Below, piece by piece: positions 43,134 to 51,615 of a stretch of 64,000 bases of DNA. The translations under genes were made by a program, and so were the position numbers. Under the pieces are notes generated by a model that did not search any database, was not told the origin of the DNA, and saw only the letters and a list, made by a program, of their open reading frames with translations. How positions within the stretch are numbered: the first letter of the stretch is position 1; the number at the start of each line of letters is the position of its first letter. The DNA is from Gemmatimonadaceae bacterium (GTDB taxonomy: Bacteria > Gemmatimonadota > Gemmatimonadetes > Gemmatimonadales > Gemmatimonadaceae), in assembly GCA_045803545.1 (NCBI GenBank), contig JBJMOW010000005.1, positions 544,001 to 608,000 of the forward strand, given 5' to 3'.

Positions 43134-43736
43134 TCACCCCTCGGCTCGAATCGCCTCGGCGCTGAGAGTCAACAGAATCACCCAATTGACAAGAAGCGTG
43201 GCTGTGAGAATCACGATGAAATATTGGGGCGTCTCCGGTACGAAAAGCAAAACAACCGCGCCGACGATATATCCTAGCTGAAGGAAGAGCACAGATATAA
43301 AAGAGAAATTATTGCCACCACCCTCCTGATCTTTCGAGGCTAGGAATGTCCATGGGCCAGTCGACACTCCATATGCCCAAAGCAATACTGGAAAGATCGG
43401 CGCGTTTCGGGGATGCTTGAGAAAGAATCCAGTTATGAACACGCACCAAATCAACATGATTGCGTTTATGTAAAGCGTGCTTGCACCGGATAGAATCCGG
43501 GCTGCCCACGACCTTCCGCGCTGGACGGCGACAACTGCCGGACCAGAAAGAAGGAGAGACGGAACGAGTAGCCAACCGACGACCCAGACGGATGCAAAAA
43601 GACCCAGCAGTCCGTAGCCAAGCGCCCACCAGTCTCCCTTGATCGCTAACCAGACTCCCGCGATCAGGCCGCCAAACATGTTCACCGTAGCAATCAGCCA
43701 GCTGCACGCGGTTGCGAACCTCAGCAACGCATTCAT
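43134..43736 (-). CDS. Hypothetical polytopic membrane protein (island cargo)
   Basis: 200 aa, almost entirely hydrophobic helices; GGAGA RBS. Confidence 0.75.
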   Translation of the reverse strand: MNALLRFATACSWLIATVNMFGGLIAGVWLAIKGDWWALGYGLLGLFASVWVVGWLLVPSLLLSGPAVVAVQRGRSWAARILSGASTLYINAIMLIWCVFITGFFLKHPRNAPIFPVLLWAYGVSTGPWTFLASKDQEGGGNNFSFISVLFLQLGYIVGAVVLLFVPETPQYFIVILTATLLVNWVILLTLSAEAIRAEG

Positions 43737-43773
43737 TCAGTCTCCGGTTGTCCGTGCTGAGGACGTCCAGACT

Positions 43774-46383
43774 TTAGTTGTGTAGGAGCCCACCCATCCA
43801 CTGCCAAAGGCGCCCCCAACCGGATCTTGAGGCAACTCGACGCGATCGCGTGGGTAACCTCACGAAAGACACTTCACCGGTGGGGTAAATCAACGCGATT
43901 CTTCCAGTGAGCGAATCTTCCAGTGCGAACTGGACGTCGCCTCTTCGGAGACCTGTTTGCGCGAGTACAGGCGTCCACTCCTCCGCTGGTCGAATTGAGT
44001 TCGGCGAAATCAGCAAGACCCGACCAGCGGAGGTAACCACTAAATCGCTCGATTTAAGTACGCCGCTTGAGTCAACTCTAACGACTGCTGCCGGCTGCCC
44101 AGGCTTCCATCGGACCAGCGTGAACGGCAAGTCATCGCGGTTCCAGCATTTTCGCTCATCGCGAGGACAATACCGCACCATCGCCCAAACCTCTCCGTCC
44201 GAAATCACGTGACGCCCGAGCCAAAGCCTATTCGTCGCGCTATCGGGAAGCGGCGGAGCAATCTCTTGCTCTCCCTGAACTGCATCAATCACGAAGAAAT
44301 TCGCAAATGAGTCGATGGTTTTTGGTTCGTCAGGCATAACGTCTAGGAGGGCGGTCGAATCAGTAAGGCGGGCTAAGGTCGCCGACGACGCCCCGCGCGG
44401 ACTTGTCACTCCAATGCGGCTCCATTTGCGGGAAGCTGCATCATAGAGAGCGCCGAACACCCTGCAGGGCGGCAAAGCGCGCTGCTGCGTCGCAGACGTA
44501 CCCAACCGAGCCCAGATATCGCAATTGCTTCCGACCGCCCACCGAACAAAGAAACGTCCGGGAATTAGCGGCACTGCGTCTACATCTACTAGAGAATCGG
44601 CGGCGGTTGGAAACACGTTTGGGGGAACTGTCACAGTGTCCCACTTTTCTCGCGCCCGTGTTACAAATTGCCTCTCGCCCAAATAGGCGACTTTGCCAAC
44701 CCTGAGGTCGCCATGCACCTTCCACCAAGGAAGAGACGGCGGCCAGCTACTCGCCTCCGTCTCCACCCCAAAGTCAGTTAAAGTCGCCTTCCGCGCAGCG
44801 AATGTTGTATCTCTGTTCGAACTGCTCGCGCTATCGTTGACGAGATACTCAAGTTGCACCGCATCGTCTGCCGTGAAAGACGCGTCACTGATGTGCACAA
44901 AATTGGTTGGAATTGAATTCCAAAAGGTCTTAGATGTGGAGCTGTCGGCGAGATCCACTAGGGAAAGCCCAAACCATTGCGTCTTGGTCCAGCACGCTCC
45001 GTCGCCGGAAGGCCAATCAGACTTAGGGATACTGCAAACGACTTTACCGGCAACAAATCTGACTGTGTCGCCGTCCAGCTTACCGTAGAGCGAGTCGGCG
45101 AACAGTGCGTTCGCTTGTGTCGGTGGTCCCGGAAGTTTGTCTCGGACGAAATAGCCTTGAATTGTTTCCGGACCGGCATCCCGCCACTCCACCTCACCGG
45201 AGACCGTAACTCCGTCCCCACCAGCGAGAAATCCGGCTGGTCTGCTGCCTCCAAGCTGTGGGCCGCTCAATAGCAACCTCGCGTTAGCACCGAGGAGTTG
45301 TCGAACACGAGCCGCCGTGAAGGGAACACGCGTGACCTCCCCTGATCGGTGAATTTCGAATTCGCCGGTGAACAGATTCCTTGAAGGCGCAGAGTCCACT
45401 CTGACACGAACGTTGGGCTTTGTGTAATCGACCGTCAGCGGAAAGCTGTTGGGGATAGGCCCGCCGAATCGCCCCCATGGCTCACTCCAACTCGCGCTGT
45501 CTCCGACTCGTCCAATCAGCGAATCACGCGCAGACAAAAGATAGAACGTGAGTTTCTTCTCATCGTTGGCAGAGACCTCGTAGGAGACGCTGTAAACGCC
45601 GGGCTCTACCATTTCGGCGAGTCCGCGAACACTGCTCTGATTCGCTGGCGCCCCAACGTAGCGATTCGAGAGAAAGTCGCGTATGTGGACTGAACTAACC
45701 GCAAAGTTGAGATTCTGTCCGGACGTTAAGCCGGCTGTAGATATTCCAACTACTTTGCCCGCCTCGTCAATCACGGGTCCGCCCGAGCTGCCTGGGGACA
45801 GGGGCGCGGTTATCTGGATTACACGAACTCCGTTGATGTCTCTCAGCGAGCTGACGATCCCTTCCGAGAACGTATAAGCCAGTCCCTCAGGGTGTCCGAC
45901 CGCAAAGATTCGCGTTCCCTGGACTAGCCTGTCCTTTGTGGGGAACGAAAGCGGCACCCCTTTATATCGGACATGCAGCAAGGCAAGGTCATGGCTTTCA
46001 TCCGTACGGACGATGGCTACCGAGTCTACGAATGCGCCGTCCTGCAGCTCGACTCGAAGGCTTGTGCTGTTCTCAACCACATGGAAATTCGTGAGCACCA
46101 AACTGTCGGCTACAAAAAAGCCGCTGCCCAAGCCGCTGCCTTGGCTTCCCTTTTCGTGAATGATTACAACGCTTCGCGACGTCCTATCAGCAAGGGTAGC
46201 AGGATTTGGGTTAGTGCCCGCTCGCACAAGAAGCCAAACCACAATGACCCCGGCAGTGACGCTGAGGACAACAGTCTTCCGACTGCCGATCCAGTCGAGC
46301 AAGCGAACCAGCGGAGGTGGTTTCCGCTTTCGAGCGTAGGAAGGTATTGGTGGGGGCGTTGTGCCTTGGGCGTCACCGATCAT
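43774..46383 (-). CDS. Membrane-anchored trypsin-like (S1C/HtrA-type) serine protease with long unknown C-terminal region
   Basis: GSGFFV, TNFHVV (His), DLALL (Asp), SPGSSGGP (Ser), QNLNFAV; N-terminal TM; no recognisable PDZ. Confidence 0.85.
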   Translation of the reverse strand: MIGDAQGTTPPPIPSYARKRKPPPLVRLLDWIGSRKTVVLSVTAGVIVVWLLVRAGTNPNPATLADRTSRSVVIIHEKGSQGSGLGSGFFVADSLVLTNFHVVENSTSLRVELQDGAFVDSVAIVRTDESHDLALLHVRYKGVPLSFPTKDRLVQGTRIFAVGHPEGLAYTFSEGIVSSLRDINGVRVIQITAPLSPGSSGGPVIDEAGKVVGISTAGLTSGQNLNFAVSSVHIRDFLSNRYVGAPANQSSVRGLAEMVEPGVYSVSYEVSANDEKKLTFYLLSARDSLIGRVGDSASWSEPWGRFGGPIPNSFPLTVDYTKPNVRVRVDSAPSRNLFTGEFEIHRSGEVTRVPFTAARVRQLLGANARLLLSGPQLGGSRPAGFLAGGDGVTVSGEVEWRDAGPETIQGYFVRDKLPGPPTQANALFADSLYGKLDGDTVRFVAGKVVCSIPKSDWPSGDGACWTKTQWFGLSLVDLADSSTSKTFWNSIPTNFVHISDASFTADDAVQLEYLVNDSASSSNRDTTFAARKATLTDFGVETEASSWPPSLPWWKVHGDLRVGKVAYLGERQFVTRAREKWDTVTVPPNVFPTAADSLVDVDAVPLIPGRFFVRWAVGSNCDIWARLGTSATQQRALPPCRVFGALYDAASRKWSRIGVTSPRGASSATLARLTDSTALLDVMPDEPKTIDSFANFFVIDAVQGEQEIAPPLPDSATNRLWLGRHVISDGEVWAMVRYCPRDERKCWNRDDLPFTLVRWKPGQPAAVVRVDSSGVLKSSDLVVTSAGRVLLISPNSIRPAEEWTPVLAQTGLRRGDVQFALEDSLTGRIALIYPTGEVSFVRLPTRSRRVASRSGWGRLWQWMGGLLHN

Positions 46384-47189
46384 TTGCTACTTGATCCGAT
46401 CACCGAAATTGCGACGCACACTAAGACTACGAACACGAGTAATGCAGCACGAATGCCTGATATTTTGCCATGGGTGACCTTGTAAGACTCTCCCCGGTCA
46501 TAGCTTGTAACGCCTTTCTTTGTGAGTTCCTGGTATTGGTGAAGGACTGTAAAGAGGGAAACCAGTGGTATGCCTAAGCCCATGCCTTTGATCCAAACGT
46601 TGGTGGATCTGCGAAGGCTCTGCGAAAAGTCGAGGGAATCGCCCTCTGTGGTTGCAATTGCAATATTCAACAAGGCCTTACCTATGGTCCGCCCGCCCAA
46701 AGCAAATGAAATGGGCTCTACCAAGAAGTGGTGAATCACCACCACCCAGAAGCTGGTGACGAAGGTGTTTTCGCTCGAGAAAAATCCCGGATTTACGAAC
46801 GCGGAAACGATGCCGGCCGCAAACGCGGTCAAGTAAAAATCCAGAATTCTTGCTAGCCAGCGAGGCCAAGGATGTGGCGAATCGTCGAACTTTTCTGGAG
46901 ATACCTTCGGATTCGATACGCTTTCCGCGCTGCCGGGCTCTGACAGAGATTGGACTTTCTCCGTCGGGTTTGGTCTACCTTCGGATAAGTCTAGATCGCC
47001 CAAGCGAATCCAATCTGGCAGTCCTTCCGACCAACAAAGCGTATCGAGCTCGACCTCGCCGGCGCTGAGTCGCGCTTTCAATTGTTCGAGCGACCACGGA
47101 CCGCGCCGGCCGCCATTCTCAACGGTGTACCAAAGCGTCGGGAAATGTGTCTGGGTCGGGGTTCCGGACGGCTTTACGGAGTCGTTCAC
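46380..47189 (-). CDS. GYF_2 (DUF4339) + RDD domain membrane protein
   Basis: WY...GPWSLEQL...TLCWSEGLPDW (GYF_2); PWPRWLARILD...GRTIGKALL (RDD); GTG start. Confidence 0.82.
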   Translation of the reverse strand: MNDSVKPSGTPTQTHFPTLWYTVENGGRRGPWSLEQLKARLSAGEVELDTLCWSEGLPDWIRLGDLDLSEGRPNPTEKVQSLSEPGSAESVSNPKVSPEKFDDSPHPWPRWLARILDFYLTAFAAGIVSAFVNPGFFSSENTFVTSFWVVVIHHFLVEPISFALGGRTIGKALLNIAIATTEGDSLDFSQSLRRSTNVWIKGMGLGIPLVSLFTVLHQYQELTKKGVTSYDRGESYKVTHGKISGIRAALLVFVVLVCVAISVIGSSSK

Positions 47190-47247
47190 GAAAGGTCCTC
47201 ACGAAGGACTCTAGAAAACGCGTCGCGTGTACACATGCACGAATCCC

Positions 47248-47685
47248 CTATGGTTTGATCGCTGGTTTACTAATTGGCGCCTTTTCAGTGGCTGTGTTGG
47301 CTGCGACGTTGGGCGGACTGACCGTTGCAAGGAAAGCGAAAATTGCAAACGCAGAGATGCCCAAGACAAAGGCCCACTTGCTTATGCTGCCTGACCGCTT
47401 TCCACGGCCAACATGCCACGGACGCTCTGGAGTCAGGTAGCTCTTTACTATCGCGGATATGGTGTCAAGCGCAGCGATAAGCGCGACTATCAGGAGGGCC
47501 CACGACAGGGCCAAAGGCACATATTCGCAGGAGCTGGCGACACGGAATTTGTCGAGAAATGCAGCGCTTAAGGCCAAAACCCCCGAAGACAACGTGATTA
47601 ACTGCTTCATCAACTCAAGGGCCGTTTCACCCGCCTCTTTGAGTTTTGGCGCAAGCGTGTCCGGCTCGGGGGCCGTCAAATCCAT
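47248..47685 (-). CDS. Hypothetical 3-TM membrane protein
   Basis: KQLITLSSGVLALS and two further hydrophobic helices; start overlaps the methyltransferase stop. Confidence 0.7.
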   Translation of the reverse strand: MDLTAPEPDTLAPKLKEAGETALELMKQLITLSSGVLALSAAFLDKFRVASSCEYVPLALSWALLIVALIAALDTISAIVKSYLTPERPWHVGRGKRSGSISKWAFVLGISAFAIFAFLATVSPPNVAANTATEKAPISKPAIKP

Positions 47686-48365
47686 GTCCCCCCGCCCTTC
47701 GAGTAAAGAAATACTTGCTCCTGTCCATTTCTACCAAGCGACCTGATTCTCTGTAGCCCGTATCTGTGCATCATCTCCTGCGTTTCCTCGCCAGTGAACT
47801 CTCGGTAGAAAGAGTGCGTAGCGCGGTCCGGCCAGCGGTAGTAGCCGTCACTCACTCGATGCTTGGCATCGCTATCGGTTATCTGATTGTACCGCGACAT
47901 GTAAAGAAGGTATGAGTCTTTGGTCATCTTCTTGGTGATGTGCCTTAGAACAAGCTCTCGCTCCGATGGTACTGGCATTACTTGGAGGACGTAAGTGAGC
48001 AGCACGGCACCGAACCGACGATTGCTGTTGATGAAATCACCAGGCCAGACCATCGGAAGGAAGTTGTGATACTTGAGCGCGATCTGGAGAAATGCCGAAC
48101 AAAAGGTCCGGCTGAAACACTCTTCGAATTCCACTGCGCAGACCGTAAAACCCTCTTCTAAGAGTGGAAGCGTGTGGCGTAGCGAACCTACGCCGAAGTC
48201 GAGAACCGTATCGATGTTCCGTTGTTTGAGGAACGGAATAAAGTCTTTGTTGAGTGACCCGTGAGGTGGCAGCGAAGCCGAGACAGAGGTAGTTACATCA
48301 ATCTTGATGTCCTTACCGGTACCACTCTTCAACGAGTAGATAGGGCTTGCCCAAATCTTGGCCAT
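47676..48365 (-). CDS. Class I SAM-dependent methyltransferase, substrate unknown
   Basis: Motif I VLDFGVGSLRH, acidic AVEF, LLTYVLQVMP. Confidence 0.75.
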   Translation of the reverse strand: MAKIWASPIYSLKSGTGKDIKIDVTTSVSASLPPHGSLNKDFIPFLKQRNIDTVLDFGVGSLRHTLPLLEEGFTVCAVEFEECFSRTFCSAFLQIALKYHNFLPMVWPGDFINSNRRFGAVLLTYVLQVMPVPSERELVLRHITKKMTKDSYLLYMSRYNQITDSDAKHRVSDGYYRWPDRATHSFYREFTGEETQEMMHRYGLQRIRSLGRNGQEQVFLYSKGGGTWI

Positions 48366-49529
48366 TCAAGTTGCGACTTTGGATAAGGCTTTCTGAAATC
48401 CGATCCATTCGGCGGCATAACGCGCGGCAACTGCAGCATTACTGATAAGGTATTCCTCGTTTAGTCCAGTCTTGCTGCTAAACCGCAACGAACCGTAGCG
48501 GACAATCGGAATCTGGTAGTTGTTGACGAAACGTTTATCGGGTGAGCCGTCCTTGTTCGCTTTCTTCCATGTTTGCCCAATTACTTCGGCATCGCGAGGC
48601 ACGCCTTCTTCCTCGATAAAAGAGACTGGAGAAAACGCTATTGTCACCTCTTTGGCGTCGATTAGCGCGAACGCGTGTGACGAGATCACATAGAGGACAA
48701 AACCGGGATAGATAAACAGATCGCCGCCATTTGCATTTCTCAGATGCGGCACGTCCCAAGGAGTTCGAATCAAATCGGATGACCCGAAACCAACTGTGAC
48801 TGGTTGTCGGTTAATTGACTGCAACGCTGTAGTTCGCTCACGAAACCGATCAGTTGCAACACTAGACAGCGTGTCCCAAACTCGTTGCGATTGTGCCAAT
48901 GTCGCCGTGGCATCGCAAACGCGGCCGAAGCCGTCCTTGAGTGAATCAGGCAAATCGAACTCGGTCGAAAGCTTTGAGAGGCGCTCCTGTTCTTCTAGTT
49001 CGGCAACTTTGGCCGCCGCCTCCTCGGACCGATGCTCAATATCCGCAAAACGCTTCTTAAAAAATCGTCGTAATAGCCAGCCCTCTTTCCACCTTCGATA
49101 ACGATCGGAAGCTCGATCCGCGTCGTTGCGCGATGCCGCCAGCTCCGGCAGAAGCGATGATCTTTCAGCCTGCGCCTTGGTTAGCAATTCCTTCAGCGGC
49201 TGCAATCCGTCGGTAGTTAGCACAGCTGTACTACCGCTGCGGATCTCGCCAGCGAGCTGAGTCGCAACCGTTGACGTTGGCGGCACTTCGCCCAGTGGAG
49301 CCGGCGTAGGGCTACGGGTCGCTGGAAAGAGGTTCGCTTCTGGCGAAGGTCGAATCGATTGACGGAAGGAGATTCCGGTGCCGGGCACGCGGGCTGTTAA
49401 TGCCGGTCCCTGAGATCCCAGGTATATCCGAGCAGGGCCAACACCAACCGATGTACTGATGCCTCGCGGCGAAAAATTGATTCGCACACCGGGCAAGGGA
49501 CTAAAACTTTTTCGGAATCGCCAGCCCAT
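48366..49529 (-). CDS. DUF4236 domain protein
   Basis: N-terminal MGWRFRKSFSPLPGVRINFS.RGISTSVG...PGTGISF; coiled coil; C-terminal NKDGSPDKRF..NYQIP; GAGGGG RBS. Confidence 0.85.
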   Translation of the reverse strand: MGWRFRKSFSPLPGVRINFSPRGISTSVGVGPARIYLGSQGPALTARVPGTGISFRQSIRPSPEANLFPATRSPTPAPLGEVPPTSTVATQLAGEIRSGSTAVLTTDGLQPLKELLTKAQAERSSLLPELAASRNDADRASDRYRRWKEGWLLRRFFKKRFADIEHRSEEAAAKVAELEEQERLSKLSTEFDLPDSLKDGFGRVCDATATLAQSQRVWDTLSSVATDRFRERTTALQSINRQPVTVGFGSSDLIRTPWDVPHLRNANGGDLFIYPGFVLYVISSHAFALIDAKEVTIAFSPVSFIEEEGVPRDAEVIGQTWKKANKDGSPDKRFVNNYQIPIVRYGSLRFSSKTGLNEEYLISNAAVAARYAAEWIGFQKALSKVAT

Positions 49530-49585
49530 ATCCCCTCAGTTTCGGTATCGTCCCACGAAAATGGATGTTTTGGGCCGTTCGGGAT

Positions 49586-49627
49586 ATGTCGATTTTCTAT
49601 CATCGCGATGTCGATTTTCTATCATCG
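49586..49627 (+). repeat. Tandem 20-bp direct repeat in the divergent intergenic region
   Basis: ATGTCGATTTTCTATCATCG at 49586-49605 and 49608-49627. Confidence 0.9.
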
Positions 49628-49679
49628 AACGGGACGAATCGAGGCTAGCGTCCTATTTGTTCGCCGCCCACTTTTGGGA

Positions 49680-50429
49680 ATGGGGAATGATCCGGAGTCA
49701 TTTGTCTGGCGGTGGATTGGCCGCGCATGGACACTCAAGGAAATCCTCTCATCGGCCGCAGTAGCCGGCATTCTTACGACCGCGTGGGCCTACTTCACGC
49801 GGCTTCCACCAGTCGAGATTGTGGTTACAGGCGCTGCGGGATTCTTAGTGATCTTCGTCGGGGCTGTTGAGATCAGACGGTTCCGGGCGGTTTCGTTCAG
49901 CCCATCTCGCAAGGTGATACCTGGCTCGCCCGCCTTGGGTACTTACAACGAACAATACATCATAGACGACCTGCGGCGCACCAAGGAAGAAAACCGAAAG
50001 ACGCAGGAGCATCTCGAAGCCATTGAGGCCGAACGGTCCGCTCTCCAAGTGAAGTACGACGCCAAGGAGCAGTCGGAGAAGCAAGCAATCTCGCGCTGGC
50101 AGAGTTTAAATAAGCTGTTTGACGAAGTCTTCGCGATGCAGAAACAAGCCACCGGGAACTACATGAGGGCTTATCAGGCGATCGTCGACATCGAGGCTGC
50201 GCTATTAGATAAGAGTCCTAGCAGAGGATTGCTTGATGTCAGAGCCGCAGCGAGCATACCTGAGACGCAAAGAATAGCCGATGCTCAGGCCGTCATAACC
50301 CGGTACCGCAGCGAGAGCCTTGGAACCGTCGAATCCAACCCTGCTCCGCGGGGCGGCTTTCTTAGCCGTGCTTTGGGGCCGCAAGCTCCACCGGGCACTG
50401 CGCCAGAAAAGGGCGACGAACAAAATTAG
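49680..50429 (+). CDS. Hypothetical protein, two TM helices + coiled coil
   Basis: Hydrophobic N-terminus then a charged heptad region; only plus-strand gene of the island; start uncertain. Confidence 0.65.
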   Translation: MGNDPESFVWRWIGRAWTLKEILSSAAVAGILTTAWAYFTRLPPVEIVVTGAAGFLVIFVGAVEIRRFRAVSFSPSRKVIPGSPALGTYNEQYIIDDLRRTKEENRKTQEHLEAIEAERSALQVKYDAKEQSEKQAISRWQSLNKLFDEVFAMQKQATGNYMRAYQAIVDIEAALLDKSPSRGLLDVRAAASIPETQRIADAQAVITRYRSESLGTVESNPAPRGGFLSRALGPQAPPGTAPEKGDEQN

Positions 50430-51604
50430 GCCGCGTCGTCTTCCACCAATCTCAAGGTTGGGAACAACAACCGACTCAGCTTATCCGTTGCACTTGCTTG
50501 CATAGTGGGTGCTACGTGCGAATAGGTGTCCAGCGTCTGCCGTACACTGCTGTGCCCTAGGCGCTCTGCCACGATCTTTGGATTTTCGCCGACTCCAAGA
50601 AGCAGTGTCGCAGTCGTGTGACGGAGGTCATAAATCCGAACCTTGGGGAGATTGGCGCGCTTAAGCAGAGCGCGAAATGACCGACGTAGATTCTTTGGTT
50701 CGATAGGTGTACCGTTCGCCGTGCAGAACGCCAGATTGCGCATTGCTGGATCGAGCGGGCACATCCGCAACGCGGCCTCCTGCGTGACCCGATGATCAGC
50801 GAGAGCGGCGATTACAGTTTCATCCAGTGGGACATTGCGTCGGCTCCCGACCGTCTTCGTTTTGCCGAATACCGGTTGCTTTCCCACCCACACAACGGAG
50901 CGCTGGACTGTTACAACTCCGTCTGCCAAGTCAGACCACCGAAGCGCGAGCGCTTCACTCGGCCGAAGCCCTGTTACCACAAGGAGCGCCCACAGCGCGT
51001 AATTGGGGTCACCGCGCGCTACAGTCAAAAAGACCTTGGCCTGTTCCGGTGTGAGAGCCGTCATTTCTTGGCGTTCCGTTCGCGGGAGCTGCACTCCTGA
51101 TGCGGGATTTTTTACCAACAAGTCATCGTTCACAGCTTCCCGGAGGGCGCGATTCAGGAGAGCGTAGAGTACACGAATGCTCCGTGGGGAAAGGCGGCGT
51201 TTTTCTTCGGGTCCGCGAAGATCGAGAAGCCAACGAACAACATCGTCGCGAGTCAGCTCCGAAACTAGGATTGAGCCAATCGCATTTTTCGCGACGTGAT
51301 TGTTGAGTAGTGCGCGATAGTCGACGAGGGTACGGCGCCGTACTGCCTCCCCTGCCTCACGCTTGCGAAGCCACGCGTCCACCATTTCCCAGAGTGTGAT
51401 CCTCCTGCGTTTCGTGGCAACGCCGTTTGCGATGAGCTGGAGCGCCGCATTCAGGGCTTTTTGAGCGTCACGACGCGAACCGCGAATGACCTTCGATGGA
51501 TAGACACGGCGCCCGCATTGGCGACTGGCAATTGGGTCGAGCCAGCGAATGCGAAATCGCTCCCTGCCCAGCGGCGTAATACTGCCTTCACCCTTTGATC
51601 GCAT
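50426..51604 (-). CDS. int: Tyrosine recombinase/integrase
   Basis: N-terminal arm-binding GEGSI...FRIRW; TGLRPSEALALRW, KTKT, YDLRH, RLGHS, DTYSH. Confidence 0.95.
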   Translation of the reverse strand: MRSKGEGSITPLGRERFRIRWLDPIASRQCGRRVYPSKVIRGSRRDAQKALNAALQLIANGVATKRRRITLWEMVDAWLRKREAGEAVRRRTLVDYRALLNNHVAKNAIGSILVSELTRDDVVRWLLDLRGPEEKRRLSPRSIRVLYALLNRALREAVNDDLLVKNPASGVQLPRTERQEMTALTPEQAKVFLTVARGDPNYALWALLVVTGLRPSEALALRWSDLADGVVTVQRSVVWVGKQPVFGKTKTVGSRRNVPLDETVIAALADHRVTQEAALRMCPLDPAMRNLAFCTANGTPIEPKNLRRSFRALLKRANLPKVRIYDLRHTTATLLLGVGENPKIVAERLGHSSVRQTLDTYSHVAPTMQASATDKLSRLLFPTLRLVEDDAA

Positions 51605-51615
51605 CGTCCCCCGCT

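Noticed and set aside
49646..49651. TAGCGT as the CS-6 box of an ssoA-type single-strand origin
   Set aside because: It lies on the plus strand, while the predicted displaced strand is the minus strand; a 6-mer match is also weak
50610..50640. Integrase inactivation because HxxR reads YDLR
   Set aside because: Tyr at this position is a tolerated variant in tyrosine recombinases, and the other catalytic residues (R, K, R, H, Y) are present
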